64,000 nucleotides of DNA from Camelus ferus (taxonomy: Eukaryota): NCBI RefSeq assembly GCF_009834535.1, contig NC_045697.1, positions 40,736,001 to 40,800,000 on the forward strand, read 5' to 3'. The notes under the pieces are model-generated. The model did no database searches, was not told where the DNA came from, and saw only the letters and a program-made list of their open reading frames with translations. The position numbers and the translations under genes were made by a program. Positions 1 through 11,739 of the stretch are shown here, in pieces (the stretch's first letter is position 1; every line of letters begins with the position of its first letter).

Positions 1-83
1 TTGTGCTGCCTCTGCATTTGTCAGCTCTTAGCTAGGTTGTTTGATCTTTATTTCTAACCACTTCCACCTCTTCTATTATTTTT

Positions 84-522
84 AAAATTATGATTTTGAA
101 AACTACATAATATTAAATTTACCATCCTAACCACTTCTAAGTGTACAGTTCAATACTGTTAATTGCATTGACATTATTGTGGAACAGATTTCTGGAACTT
201 TTTCATCCTGCAAAACTGAAACTCTTTATCTGTTGAACACTAATTTCCTCTTCCCTTCTGCCTTCAGCTCTTGGCAACCACCTCTCTACTTTCTGCTTCT
301 ATAATTTTGACTATTTTAGATACTTCATAGGAATAGAATCATACAGTATTTGTCCTATTGACACTGACTCATTTCATTTAGCATAGTGTCCTTAAGTTTC
401 ATCTGTATGGTAGTATATGACAGGCTATCCATCTTTTTAAATGCTGTATAATATTCCATTGTATGTATGTACCACATTTTATCTAGTCATCTGTCAATGA
501 ACATTTCGATTGCTTCCACCTC
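84..522 (-). mobile_element. L1 3' end fragment (L1MA/L1MB-like), 5'-truncated
   Basis: Typical antisense L1 3'UTR motifs: AAATTTACCATC..AAGTGTACAGTTCA, GCAAAACTGAAACTCT, GGCAACCAC, ATAATATTCCATTGTATGTATGTACCACATTT. Degenerate direct repeat at 61-83 and 513-540. Confidence 0.85.
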
Positions 523-1034
523 TTTCTTCTATGACTTTTTAAAAATAAATCCTACCTATTGTATTATTAAAAATATTCTTTATTTCATATTAATCCAATC
601 CAAGTTAGGTCATTTTGTGTTAAGTAAGTCAAGCCCCTAGTACAATATTATATATGTCTAGGTAATCATTATGTTACATGATATATAATTGGGCAGAAGG
701 CAGAAAGAAAAGAAAGAACTTATTAATGGGTAAAATGTTCAGTTTTTTTAAACCTAGAAATCTGTTGCACTGTTTGAAGTTCACTGCTGGGTGGCTGTCA
801 TGACTTTCTGGAGTTAAGAGGAAACAAATTCCCCATTCAAGCACTAAAACTGGATAATTTATAGAGATTACCTTAGTGTGACAATTTCAGATTTTCACCA
901 GCATTAGTGTTTGTTCTAAGATTACAAACAACTCAGATGGTAAACACATTTTAGGGAAATATTCTTAAATCAGAAAACCACATGTTATCAGTTGCATCTT
1001 ACTGTATAATCAATTTGAACATTTAAAAATCAGT

Positions 1035-1221
1035 GGGGTAACTGGCAAAATTTGAGTAAGATCCATAGATAATAGAATTATAACAACATTAATTTCCCAG
1101 TTTTAATAATGGTACTACAATTTATATATGATATTAACATTTGGAGAAATGGGTTGAAGCTTATACTTGTACTATTTTTGCCACAGTTGTGCAAATCTGA
1201 AATTATTTCAAAAGAGAAAAA
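1035..1221 (+). mobile_element. Old L1 (L1MC/MD/ME-like) 3' end fragment
   Basis: ACTGGCAAAATTTGAGTAAG..ATTAATTTCCCAGTTTTAATAATGGTACT..GTACTATTTTTGCCACAG..AAATCTGAAATTATTTCAAAA resembles ancient L1 3' ends. Confidence 0.65.
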
Positions 1222-2101
1222 CTTTTGAGTGCTAGTTTCTCTATAGATAATTGGCATCTTCAGAATGAAAGTTAGATTTGCCCTTTTAAAGTCCCAAACT
1301 TGGTGGATTTGACATTGAGAAATGCACATACTGTAGGAAGGTAAAAATAAAAGGGTGATAATCTTGATCATCTTACATCTGAGCAAGAGTACAGCGTGCT
1401 GAGAGCTTCCTGCCAAGAGATCCAGCCACCTTTCTGACATGTAGAGGGCTAGGTGCCACCAACCAACCAGAGATACCCACCAAGTTCTTAATCTTTGATC
1501 TTTTTTTATAATAGCATAATTTTTATCCACAAAAAGACAAACTAAATGTGCAACTTGGAGCTATGTAGAGAACAGGAGAAGGGGAGCTTAATATCATTTC
1601 AATTTATTATTCTTAGCGTAAAAGAAAATATAAATGAACTAACTTCACTTTCCTAATAGCTGGACAGAATTAAATTTCTATGAATTTTTTTCTCCATGCT
1701 TTTTTCCTGTGTTCCTGCATGAGCTTATATCTCCCTGTATTCAGTAAATGTGAGTTAATACCTGACCCTTTATTATGCAATTAATAAAATCTCTGAGCCT
1801 TATATTAAAAACTGTAAGTAGTTATTAATTTCACAGTTGCTAATATCCAGTAAGCAAGCGCAAGTGTTATATTGAAGATAAAGTTCTAGGCAATAGATCC
1901 AGGTATGAAAGAAAACTCTGAGCTAAATTTATATAACACAAGGTAAATAACTGGCTTAAGAAAAATTCAAACAAGCAGCCACTTTACTTAAACGGTGCCA
2001 AAGATCCAGTTTCTGTAAACCAAAGGGTTTTATATCATATAGACACTCCTTAAATGTTGAGTTCCTTTTCTAACGTTCTAGTTCTGTTAATATGTTGAAG
2101 A

Positions 2102-2278
2102 CAAGGCCAACTTGGTGGACATGCCAGCTGTGCATTTGCATAGAACCTTATGCTAAGAAGGGCCCCACGAATGATTTAATGCTCTACTGCCATCATCTTG
2201 AAATTCTTAATCATTTCTGAACAAGGGATCTTGTGTTTTCATTTTGCACAGGGCCCTGCAAACAAGAATCTGGCCCTG
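2102..2278 (+). mobile_element. MER45A-like hAT-Tip100 non-autonomous DNA transposon
   Basis: Ends CAAGGCC...GGCCCTG; internal AGAAGGGCCCC..TTTAATGCTCT..ATCTTGAAATTCTTAAT..TTTTCATTTTGCACAGGGCCC; degenerate 8-bp TSD GTTGAAGA/GCTGAAGT. Confidence 0.85.
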
Positions 2279-2447
2279 GCTGAAGTCACATCCAGTACCA
2301 ATCAGCCTTTATCCAGGGGAAGGTTTCATAGACAGCACGCCTTAAGTGTCTAAACCCCAGGCTCAGCCTCTGTCACTTCAGGTTAGAAAGGAAGGCCCCA
2401 ACCTCAAGGTCGTTTACCATTTATGTAAAGGTATTCAGTGAAGGCTG

Positions 2448-2700
2448 ATTTCCATTCCTTTCCTTTTCTCCCTCCCATTTCCCATTTTTCCTTTCCCCTT
2501 CCCTTCTTTCCCACTTTATTCTCCTTTTCTCCTTCCATTTCTTCCCTTCCCAATTCACCCACCGTATTACTAAGTCCTCCTCCTTCATTCTGCCTCCTCT
2601 CTCCCATTTCTAATGTTTTCTAATTTCTAAACATTTCTAATGTTTCAAATTCCCATTCCTCTCTCCCGCTTCGCTTTCTACCTAACCCTCACCCATCTTC
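2448..2700. repeat. Pyrimidine-rich low-complexity tract with short TTTCTAA repeats
   Basis: Almost pure C/T on the + strand; TTTCTAA recurs at about 2607-2645. Confidence 0.75.
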
Positions 2701-3770
2701 ATTCCCCATTCAGGGTGGATCTTTGAGAGCTGGCGCCCCAGGACCTAGTATGGCCAGAAATAATGAGGCTCAGTGTTTCTACTAATGCTGGCTCTGCACT
2801 CCCAGAGAGACCATACCCTGAGGGCTTTTTTGATCCTACAGAGATGGAATCAACGACTGTCACTTGACTTTTGCAACACACATTTCAAATTTTTTATTCC
2901 CTGCTTTTTAGTCATTCCAGGTTGAATCCAAGGAAATTTCACCATCAGTTAAAGGACATCTTGGAAATCTTTTTGAAATGGCCTGAAAATAGACTTGAGA
3001 AAAGGGAGATGGATCAAGGCCCTCTAAAGCCCCTGGAATCCTGGAAATCTGGGTAGATCCATCTGACTCTGTGGTCATTCTTGTCAGCTAGGAAACTGTT
3101 TACATGTTTAATTTGCACTTAGGTAACTTATCGCCCAGCTGTGGCTGCATCGGGTCAGAGTCTGTATACTCTTTACAAAAGGTGCTGCCCTGTTTTCAGG
3201 ACCTTGCTGAACAGGAGAAAGTTGAACATTACAAATCTTGGCTGACAAAGCTTAAACAAAAGTAAACAAATGGAACACATTTAGGGGTGGTGCCAACACA
3301 AAAGGCAGCAGTTGCTCTTGATTTGCCAGGGCCTCTGCCAAGTGAAGGTCTGATGATTTTGATAAGAAGAACTTTGTTCCATTTCAGTTAAAAATTCATG
3401 ATTTGAACTGAAACATAATACAGGTTCACACGGAAGGGTACCTTTTCTTAGTTCATTTGGGGGAGGGATGGGCTAATCTAGAGTAGGTTCTGGAAAAGAC
3501 GTCACAGTTCCGACTTTTAGTTGCGGGGAGGGAGTGCAAAAAGCCTTTTATTATTGCTTTCTCAATTTTTAAGGGACTGTGATTTTTCTAGAAGCAGAGA
3601 AATTGTGGAAGTAGAACAGAAGAAAAAATTATTTTCATGGATCAGTGTTTGGCCAAGTACGTAAAGGAGTGTGAGTAGCCTGATAATGCTTATTATGATA
3701 AAAACAAGGTACAATAGCAAATAAACTCCACATTTCCAGTGGTTAATTAACATAATGAAAGTGTACATTC

Positions 3771-3948
3771 GGGGGAGGGTAGAGCTCAGTGGTAGAGTGT
3801 GCTTAGCATGCACAAGTCCTGGGTTCAATCCCTAGTACCACCATTAAAAATAAATTAATTAACCTAATTACCTCCCACACACACAAAAGAAATTATTTTA
3901 AAGAAATTAAAGAATATTTTTTTAATTTTAATTAAAAATTTTTTAAAA
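3771..3948 (+). mobile_element. tRNA-derived SINE, Vic-1-like (camelid)
   Basis: GGGGGAGGGTAGAGCTCAGTGGTAGAG (A box) ... GGGTTCAATCCC (B box) ... AACCTAATTACCTCCC and A-rich tail; TSD GAAAGTGTACATTC (3757-3770) / GAAAGTGTATTTC (3949-3961). Confidence 0.9.
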
Positions 3949-4139
3949 GAAAGTGTATTTCTTACTCATATTAAGGGCCCATGCAAATGTGCCTGGTCAG
4001 AGGGGAGCTTTCATGGTCATTCCAGGGTGTGCAGTCCTTCTTGTAGTTCTGTTCTCTAGGATCTTGGAGTTCTCTGAAGTGGATACTGTAAGAGAGAATG
4101 GAAAAGTCTCATCCTCTTCTAAAAAGCCTGCAGCCCCAT

Positions 4140-4570
4140 CAGAATATCCATCAACAGATAAATGGATAAACAAAATGCAATATATCCATACAATGGAATA
4201 TTATTCAGCCTTTAAAAATGAAGGAAGTTCTGATGCATGCTACAACATGGGTGACCTTTGAAGACATCCTGTTAAGTGAAATAAATCAGACACAAGAGGA
4301 CAAATATTGTACACTTCCAGTTACATGAGGTATCTAGAACAGTCAAATACAGACAGAGAGTAGAACAGTGGTTCCTAGGAGCTGGGGGGAAGGAGGACTG
4401 GGGAGTTATTCTTTAAAAGGTACAGAATTTTTGTTTGGGATGATGAAAAAGTTCTAGAGATACAGAGAGTTGATGATTGTACAACAACGTGAATGTACTA
4501 AATACCACTGAATTGTACAGTTAAAAATGGTGAAGTTTATGTTAAGTATATTTTACCACAATTGAAAAAA
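4140..4570 (+). mobile_element. L1MB-like 3' end
   Basis: ATCCATCAACAGATAAATGGATAAACAAAATG..ATACAATGGAATATTATTCAGCC..GGGATGATGAAAAAGTTCTAGAGAT..ATTTTACCACAATTGAAAAAA; the ORF track peptide PSTDKWINKMQYIHTMEYYSA matches the L1 ORF2 C-terminus. Confidence 0.9.
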
Positions 4571-4839
4571 CCTCAGTGCAGAACTAGTCAAGAGCATCTG
4601 GGAACAAATCATCTTTGGCGGGGCAGCTGCCTTCCAGTGACAACGGCACACTGTGAGAGGGAGCATGGAGTTTGGGTGGACATCTAGCTTTTCCTGCCAC
4701 AACTGGGAAGGGAGAGGGACAAAGCACTGAAGTATTCCCTCACGGATGCTCACTCATCCCTTTTCAAATAAAACGTCTTCTGGGTCATTATTTGCTTTCA
4801 ATGGTAATAGTTTAATCTCACCTTTCTCAATGTTATCTA

Positions 4840-5047
4840 TATTCATTTATTGAGTCCTTACCATGAGGTAAATGCCCTGCGCATATTAAATTATTTAAGC
4901 ACTCTTGTTATCCTTGTTTTAGGATCAATGACCCGAGGTACAGAGAAACTACCTAACTAGGTCAGAATGTACAGCTACAGACTGTCCCAGCCAGGGCTGC
5001 ACCCATTGTCAACAGAGCCCGTACTTTCCCCCCATACCATCCTGCCT
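4840..5047 (-). mobile_element. MIR, degenerate
   Basis: CATTTATTGAG..GAGGTACAGAGA..AGAGCCCGTACTTTCCCCCCATACCATCCTGCCT resembles antisense MIR. Confidence 0.55.
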
Positions 5048-5174
5048 TCCTGGAAGCTGTGCTGTATTGAGACTAAATTGTGTTATATTTGGCTGAGACA
5101 ATGGTTCAGCTGCTTTTATACTGGCTCACGCAAAAGAGAAGGTTTATTTGTCTTTCATTTCATTTTAAATTCTA

Positions 5175-5530
5175 AGCTATTGAGAGGTCCAGGGGAAGAA
5201 GGCAGCTGTCCTCTACGGTATTATTTAGGGACCCAGACTCTTTCTAAGGTGTTGCTCCACCCTCCCCTAAGGTGTATCCCTTGTATTCCAGCTCATCCTG
5301 CTTCTGCCCAAAGGCAGTAGGAAAGAGGAAGTGAAAGGAAAGCAGTTTTCTTCTGAGTATACGACTTGGAAGTCACACTAACCACTTGGAAGTCGGGCTC
5401 AGCCATAACTTAGTCATACAGTCACACCGAGCTGTGAAGGGAACTGAGAATGTGTTGTACAGCTAAGCGGTCATGTACACCTTGGAAACTCAAGGTAGAC
5501 TTGATTATTAGCAATCTCTGCCATGCTTGG
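5175..5530 (-). mobile_element. Old MaLR LTR fragment (MLT1J/K-like)
   Basis: ATTTAGGGACCCAGACTCTTTCT..AACTTAGTCATACAGTCACACCGAGCTGTGAAGGGAACTGAGAATGT resembles old MLT1 LTRs. Confidence 0.5.
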
Positions 5531-5719
5531 TCATCACATAAGGGTCAGATGCTTACTCATCAGACCATATGTAGCAACCAGGTACCAGACATGGAGAGTT
5601 ATTAAAAAGAATGTATAGAGAAAGTATCTTGGAGAAATTCTAGGTCATAGAGAATAAAGTGAAAAATAGTTTGTAGAAATAGGTAAGCACAACTTGGTAG
5701 GAGGATGAACCCTAATTTT

Positions 5720-5882
5720 AGATTCCAGAAGACTCAGGTTCTAGTTTGTCTCTGCCATGTTCTAGTGTGTGAATGTGGACAATTTACTTAATTTTAGTTT
5801 CCCCATCTATAAAACAAAATTGACAACAACATCTACTTTCAGAATTATTTTGGCAATGAATAAGATAATGCATATAATGCCT
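5720..5882 (+). mobile_element. MIR
   Basis: MIR core: CTCTGCCATGTTCTAGTGTGTGAATGTGGACAATTTACTTAA..AGTTTCCCCATCTATAAAA. Confidence 0.75.
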
Positions 5883-5889
5883 AAAATTT

Positions 5890-6905
5890 GCATCAAGTTT
5901 AGCATTTCCAAAGCCAATTCTCAATATTCTTTCCCAAACCTGCTCTTCTTGTAGTCTTCCCTACACAGTAGATAGCAACTTCATCCTTCTGACTTCCCAG
6001 ATTAAAATCCTTGGAGTTACCCTTGACTGTCCTTTTCCGACGTCACATCTACACCGTCTGCAAATCCTGTCCACTCTTCAATCAAACCACATTCACAATT
6101 CAGCCACTTCTCACCACTTGTCCTGCCACCAGCCTGGTTCAAGCCATCATTTTGCTTTGCCCGGATTATTGCAACAGCCTCCTGTGTTCTCCCTGCTCCT
6201 TCCTGAGCCTCCGACACTATTCCCCAGCAAACAAATTCATCTTTTAAAATAGAAGACTGATTACATTCAGAGCTTTCCTTAGTTGTCTCACTTAAGAGTA
6301 AAGCCCTTCACAACCCGGCCACCTGTTACCTCTCTGACCTTATCTCTTCTTATTCCCACTCTCTTTAATTCAACCAAACATAGAGATCATAGGTCTTAGA
6401 GAGAAGCCACCTGTAAAGTATGGCTGGACTTTATCTATCACTGCTCTTTCCTATTCAGAGCAAGACCAAGTCCATGCTAGGAAAAGAAGGGAACAGAAAT
6501 ATTAAGCATTTCACAGTGTTGGGAAAGCTTATTTTGAAAAGACATTAGAGAGGAGGTTTTTATTTCGAAAAATGCATCTTGTCAAAAGAAGCTGTTGGAA
6601 ATGTAGCTGAGGCATTATTCAGGCCTCAGCTCAAATGTCATAGCCTCGGGGTATCCTTCCGTGACCGCCCCATCTAAATTAGCCTCTTTATCCTGTCACT
6701 CTTCATTTTATTCTGTTTCTTTCATAGCACCTACCACTAGCAGATACTTGTTCACAATTTATTTGCTTATTTGTTTAGTGGTTCTCTCCCTTGCAAGAGA
6801 ACGTAAGTGCCAAGAACCTTACTGGTTTTATTTACTGCTATATCCCAGTTACTCGATCAAGTGCCGGCTACTTATTAGGTGTTAAATATTTCTTGAATGA
6901 ATAAA
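5890..6905 (+). mobile_element. L2 3' portion, interrupted by non-L2 sequence at about 6375-6615
   Basis: CCCAAACCTGCTC..AAAATCCTTGGAGTTACCCTTGAC..GCCACCAGCCTGGTTCAAGCCATCAT..GATTATTGCAACAGCCTCCT..CTCAGCTCAAATGTCA..ending in TTGAATGAATAAATG. Confidence 0.85.
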
Positions 6906-6931
6906 TGTGCAAGATAGTTGTGTGAAGAAGT

Positions 6932-7680
6932 GTATTCATTAAGGTAACAGTAATCACTTTAACAGATAAATCCCCAAATCCCAGTGGTTCGTAGGATAGA
7001 ATTTGATTGATCATTCACATTGTTACCAAGCAAGAGCTCAGTGCCCAGCGCATGTAAAAGCCAATACTGTGGCACTGGCTTTTGAGAAGAGAAGAGCTGT
7101 ATTTGATGTCAACTGGCAAAGAGACAGGAGGCAGTGCTCAAATCTGTCTCCCAGATCTGGGGTTCATCTAAGGGTTTGGGGAACAAGTTGGTATGTGCAG
7201 GCTTCCATCGGAAGGCTTTGGAACTTGGCCATTTATGATAAATTGTGGTAAAGGGCTTCAGCGCCAGGTCTTTCTGGGCAGCAGAGCCTTGGCTTCTGAA
7301 AGGGTTCCCATGTTCAGGTTCCGGTTGTGTCCTTGTCCTTTGGTTCCAGCTGTTATTGGAGGTGAAAAGTTTCTCCTCTGTCCACGTTTCAACTGCATGA
7401 CTTGCAGTTTTGTTCTGTTGTCTCTGAAAAACAACTCAGCATCTTGTGGTTGACAGAATAGGACCAGTTTGAGCTGGTCTTGTGATTCCAACATGAAGTC
7501 TATTCAGGGGCCAAGCTCCTTTTTTGCAGCTCTGCTCTCCCAGAGGGCTTTGATGCTCTCTGCATTCTGTCAACAGAAGGCGAAAAGGGGAATGGAGGTT
7601 TTTGTAGGCTAGGCTTACAAGTGACATATATTACCTCCTCTTCCCTTATTTTGGCTGGAACTCAGTCACATGACTACTTC
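6932..7680 (-). mobile_element. Old MaLR (MLT1) LTR split by an ERV1 solo LTR
   Basis: TGTATTCATTAAGG..AACAGATAAATCCCCAAATCCCAGTGG on the left (6932-7020) and TTGGCTGGAACTCAGTCACATGAC on the right (7495-7680). Confidence 0.55.
7021..7490 (-). mobile_element. ERV1-type solo LTR
   Basis: TG...CA termini (TGTTACC...GATTCCA), 470 bp, flanked by 4-bp TSD ACAT (7017-7020, 7491-7494). Strand inferred from similarity to other ERV1 LTRs. Confidence 0.8.
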
Positions 7681-8359
7681 CATTCAAAATTTCTTTTGAA
7701 ACTACGTTGTTGATGGATGAATCAAGTCAGTCATAGAAGCACTAAAATTACTGTTCTTTTCCCAATGTTCCCAATGATAGTGAAATGTTCAAACGTGAAA
7801 ACCTAAAGGTAAATCATTCATGTAAAATGCATTTCTTTATAACAGAATTATAGTAAATTTAGAGGAAAATTAAATTATAAAATTAATTTTAATAAATATT
7901 TATGGAAACTACAAGTTAAACCATTACATTTTATTTCCAGTAAACCTCTGGTCATATTTTTGTGGGGGTGTCCTTAATAATATCACTTCACTCTCCTCTT
8001 CTCCATGACCTTGTACAGAATAATCTTTATAAAATCATTTTCTCTGCCTGTTTATAACACATGCCTTCCTCCTCAGGCAAATAGTATAATTTAACCTTAA
8101 ATATTGCATCTTTCAAGATGATATTCTTTTGAGAGAAAACTAAAAAAGGATACTAGAAGAAAAGGGAAATGAAGCTAGTTATAGGGAAAAGAAAAAACAG
8201 AAGACAACTTGAAACTAGTGAGTAGCACAGGAAATGGGGCATGAGATACGTGTGTGAGGTTCGAGATAGAATTGTGTATTTAATCATCTCTTCTGGGCAA
8301 AGTCACAAACCCCAGAGAAATTTGTACAGCCTTCTTAGAACGTTTCTAGATGGCATTAC

Positions 8360-8494
8360 AAATTGTCTGTTGCTCTCCTGCCTCTCCACTGGATTAAGCT
8401 CCTCTGGTGCAGGACCCTTGTCCTTCCTTCTCCAGATTCCTGAATCTTCCTCTGGGCCTGTACTCAGAAAGGCCTCAGTTAATGTCTAGATGAA
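8360..8494 (+). mobile_element. L2 3' tail fragment
   Basis: CTCTCCACTGGATTAAGCTCCT..GCAGGACCCTTGTC..GGGCCTGTACTCAGAAAGGCCTCAGTTAATGT. Confidence 0.6.
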
Positions 8495-9869
8495 ATTCTA
8501 TAATAAGACTGTTAAAAACAATGTAGAGAGAGGAACACTTCCCAAATCCACCTCCAGAATGCCAGCATTCAGACATATCCCCCAGGCAGGAGACCGGCAG
8601 CTATTTTGCTAAAAAACTGAACCACTCCAGAGAAAGTATCTATAGATTCTGGCATTTTGGGGTCCAAGATTGAAAAATTCAGTGACCCTCCAAAAAAGCT
8701 TCAGTGAAGCCCACCTGACAAGATTTACTCATACTTTTAGTTCCAATTAATATTTACTTTTACCCATACTTTTACTTCCAATTAATATTTTAGAATTCAG
8801 GTACACAAGGGTTGTCAGGTATTTTTAAAATATGCCTCCTGCATGGCAGCTAAGATCATAAACAACTTTTTAAGAACTAAATAATAAACAATGAAAAGAG
8901 GAAAACTTCAAAGAAACTAATTTATATCCTCAGAGAGATAAGATGTTGCATCTAAGAAACAAACAAACAAAAAAAGATCCTAGTAAGAAGGAACAAAATA
9001 GAGTTCTTGACAATTAAAAACTAGATATCATTCCTAAAAAATTCTGTGAAAACTTGGCAGCTAAAGTTGAGGAAATATCTAGAAAGAAGAACAGAAAGAG
9101 AAAAAAATGGAAAATTAAAAAAAAATATTTTTTAATGTTTTTTAAATGTCTATCCAGGTTGCCCAATATCTGTCTAATAGGAGGGCCAAGGGGGAAAAAA
9201 GTATGTAGATAAATAAAAATAAGAAATAGAATTCCATTGTCAATAAAACCACAGAAGAAGGATATCTAGCATTGATCAAAATAAGTGTCCAAATTGAAAG
9301 AGCTAATTGTATTTATATATGAGTATCTAGATTGAAAGATTGCTACTAATAGTGAATGAAAAAAGATTTATACCAAAGTTCATCACCATGAATTTTCAGA
9401 CCACCAGGGACAGAGATGATATAGACAGAAAAAAATACCACATCCAAAGGTTTGGGAAGATAATGGCATCGAACTTCTCAACAGTAACATGGGGAAGCTA
9501 AAAGACTAGGGAGCAATGCCTACAAAATTCTGGGGAGGTATAATTTTAAAACTAGAGTTTTATATACAAGAAAATTATCAAAGAAATGTAAGGGTAGAGG
9601 AAGACAGTGCTGGAGAGGTAAGCTTTCTAACATAAACGCAAGCAGAAACAGAAGATTTTCAACCCTCTACCCAGCCTTTCTCAGGAAGTAACCAGAGGAT
9701 ATGCTTCATCAAAATGAGGGGGTTAATCAAGATAGTATAGGTAATTAGAAGAAAAACATGGAGAGAGAGGAGAGGTGAGGTTACAGCAGGCCTAGAGAAT
9801 GACAAGTCCAGATTAGAGTGGGACAAAAAGGGATTCCAGGAGGGCTATCTTCGTGGTGGGCCAGAGCAT

Positions 9870-10069
9870 ACCGCAGGGGTACGGGCTCAGAAGGGCTGAA
9901 TGTGTGCTTCTCTTTCCATCTCTGCATTCAGTAACATCACATTGGCTACTTGAAATCTGCCATGGTGAGAGTATTTACACAATGGAGAAGGGAAAAAGCT
10001 AAAAATCAGGATTTGGTACCCTCTCTCCCCAGGAGAGCTACTTGTTAAATATTTACCAGCTCACCCCTG
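9870..10069 (+). mobile_element. MER63A-like hAT-Blackjack element
   Basis: TTCAGTAACATCACATTGGCTACTTGAAATCTGCCATGGTGAGAGTATTTACAC..TTGTTAAATATTTACCAGCTCACCCCTG. Confidence 0.8.
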
Positions 10070-10446
10070 AACTTAGCATTTGCTGCTAAGTTTACTCATT
10101 GAAAATTTGTATTAAGAGGTATTTTATCAATGAAAAAAGAGGTATTTTACAAACCTATTGGGAATTAAGGGAAACTTGAGCCATAAGTTCAAAGAAAACT
10201 AAGCAAGTGGGGAAAAACACGTATAAATAAAATGTATAAATACACTAGGAAAAACAAAACGTATAAATACATTATAATAATAATGCATTATGTGGCTCAT
10301 CAAGGGGCAAAATTTTACAGAATGATTATAAAGAAAGTGCTGAATATGGGTTTAATCAAAACTGGAATATAATTATATTGGAAGGAAGGAAAAAGGGAAG
10401 GAGGTCCTTGCAAGAGTACAAAATCTTCAACTGTCACACTGGAAGT

Positions 10447-10890
10447 GGTGGCAGGCGTGAGAATGTCCCCTCTTGGATCTCTAGATGCAGGGAGCATATC
10501 TACCTCATAGGCCCAGCTGCTGCACTTTGAAATCCATCACCACATTTATGTGGAGGCCGGACTTCCCATGGGCTGCTCCAGCCAGTGACTGAGAGAGAAA
10601 GAGACACTAAGTCCAGTTCCTGAGAAACAGGAGATTCCTCCAGTGGCTGACTGCGACTCAAGGACTCCCTAGTGGCCTTGCAGACCTTTCCTTAGAGCTT
10701 CCCTGTAGTCTAAGGGGACTCCACCTCCATCTCTCTCCCTTCCCTGTCTCCTGACTTAGTAAGACCTGCGGGCAGTCTGACAGCATTTCCCAGCCTTCCC
10801 CCAGTTCCCTCTCTAGTTTTTCTCACAGGCACTTCCCCTAGTAAATTTCTTGCTTCTGTGTCTGCCTCTTGGAGGGTCTGGGCTAACACA
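10447..10890 (+). mobile_element. LTR16-like ERVL solo LTR
   Basis: GACTTCCCATGGGCTGCTCCAGCCAGTGACTGAG..CCCCTAGTAAATTTCTTGC..GGGTCTGGGCTAACACA; 5-bp TSD GAAGT at 10442-10446 and 10891-10895. Confidence 0.85.
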
Positions 10891-11739
10891 GAAGTCAATT
10901 AATAATATCTAAAATTGATGAATCTAAAGATCATGTATCTTTTTTTCTTGAAATACACATGTAACTATCAGAAGAAAGATCTAAGAGAAGTAAAAGAGGT
11001 GAAGAGCACCCATTTTTAAAAGGCTTTAGCACTACTTGACTTTTTAGTATCTGTGTACATACTATTTTTAAGTAAACCATTTTAAAAAGCAAAAGACCAC
11101 AGCTTTAAATATTAGTTGATTTAGATTGTTAAGGGGAAGCAAACTTTTATCTAAACTGTTCTTCTGTAAATGATTCCTTTCATTTTCTTTCTGGATATGA
11201 GTAGTGACAGGCTGATTCAATAAACTCCTTGCAGACAGCTCCTCCCAGAGGGAGCAAAATGATCTGCTGACTAAACTTGCAGTCTGGGATGAAAGTACCA
11301 TTGACAATGCCCTTGAGTTGCTGTTTCTACCTTTGATGTATCTGGAAGGATAATTTTTAGAGATGTTATTTTTTTTCCTTCTCTCCTCCTCACTACAGGT
11401 AGACAAGCCCTTAGGATGACTTTGCCTTAGGGATTTTTCACAAAAGTTGTATAAATCCTCAAAAAATTCACTAGAACTTTTAAACAAAATCTAGGCGGAC
11501 ATCTTTCACATATTAAAAATGTTTGATATGCTACGACAGTTTATTGAAACATTGTATTCTATTATCCAAAAACAAAAATAACACCCTTCACTATTCATGA
11601 CAGTTGAGTATTTTCTTATGCTGTCCTCAAGTCTTTGTGAAGAAGCTACTTAATCATAAATCCTTTTAATTTTTCACTGAAAATGTAGTTGGACACTCTA
11701 GTTAAACTGATCAATTAAAACATAAACTTACCACCATAC

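Larger units (their letters stand above)
8800..11090 (+). mobile_element. HAL1 (half-L1, ORF1-like only) copy 1, interrupted by MER63 and LTR16
   Basis: A-rich degenerate ORF1-like sequence (AAAGTTGAGGAAATATCT, CATCACCATGAATTTTCAGACCACCAGGGACAGAGA, ACTTCTCAACAGTAAC, GGAGCAATGCCTACAAAATTCTG) runs directly into GAGGATATGCTTCATCAAAATGAGG and a HAL1-like 3' end; no ORF2. Confidence 0.7.

Noticed and set aside
1078..1530. 150-aa minus-strand ORF
   Set aside because: Non-ATG start, overlaps an old L1 fragment, and resembles no protein I know.
3771..3845. tRNA-like sequence (also 35930-36005)
   Set aside because: Has a SINE body, A-rich tail and TSDs, so it is a tRNA-derived SINE rather than a tRNA gene.
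11068..11487. 139-aa minus-strand ORF between the HAL1 copies
   Set aside because: Non-ATG start, no recognisable domain and no supporting exon structure.
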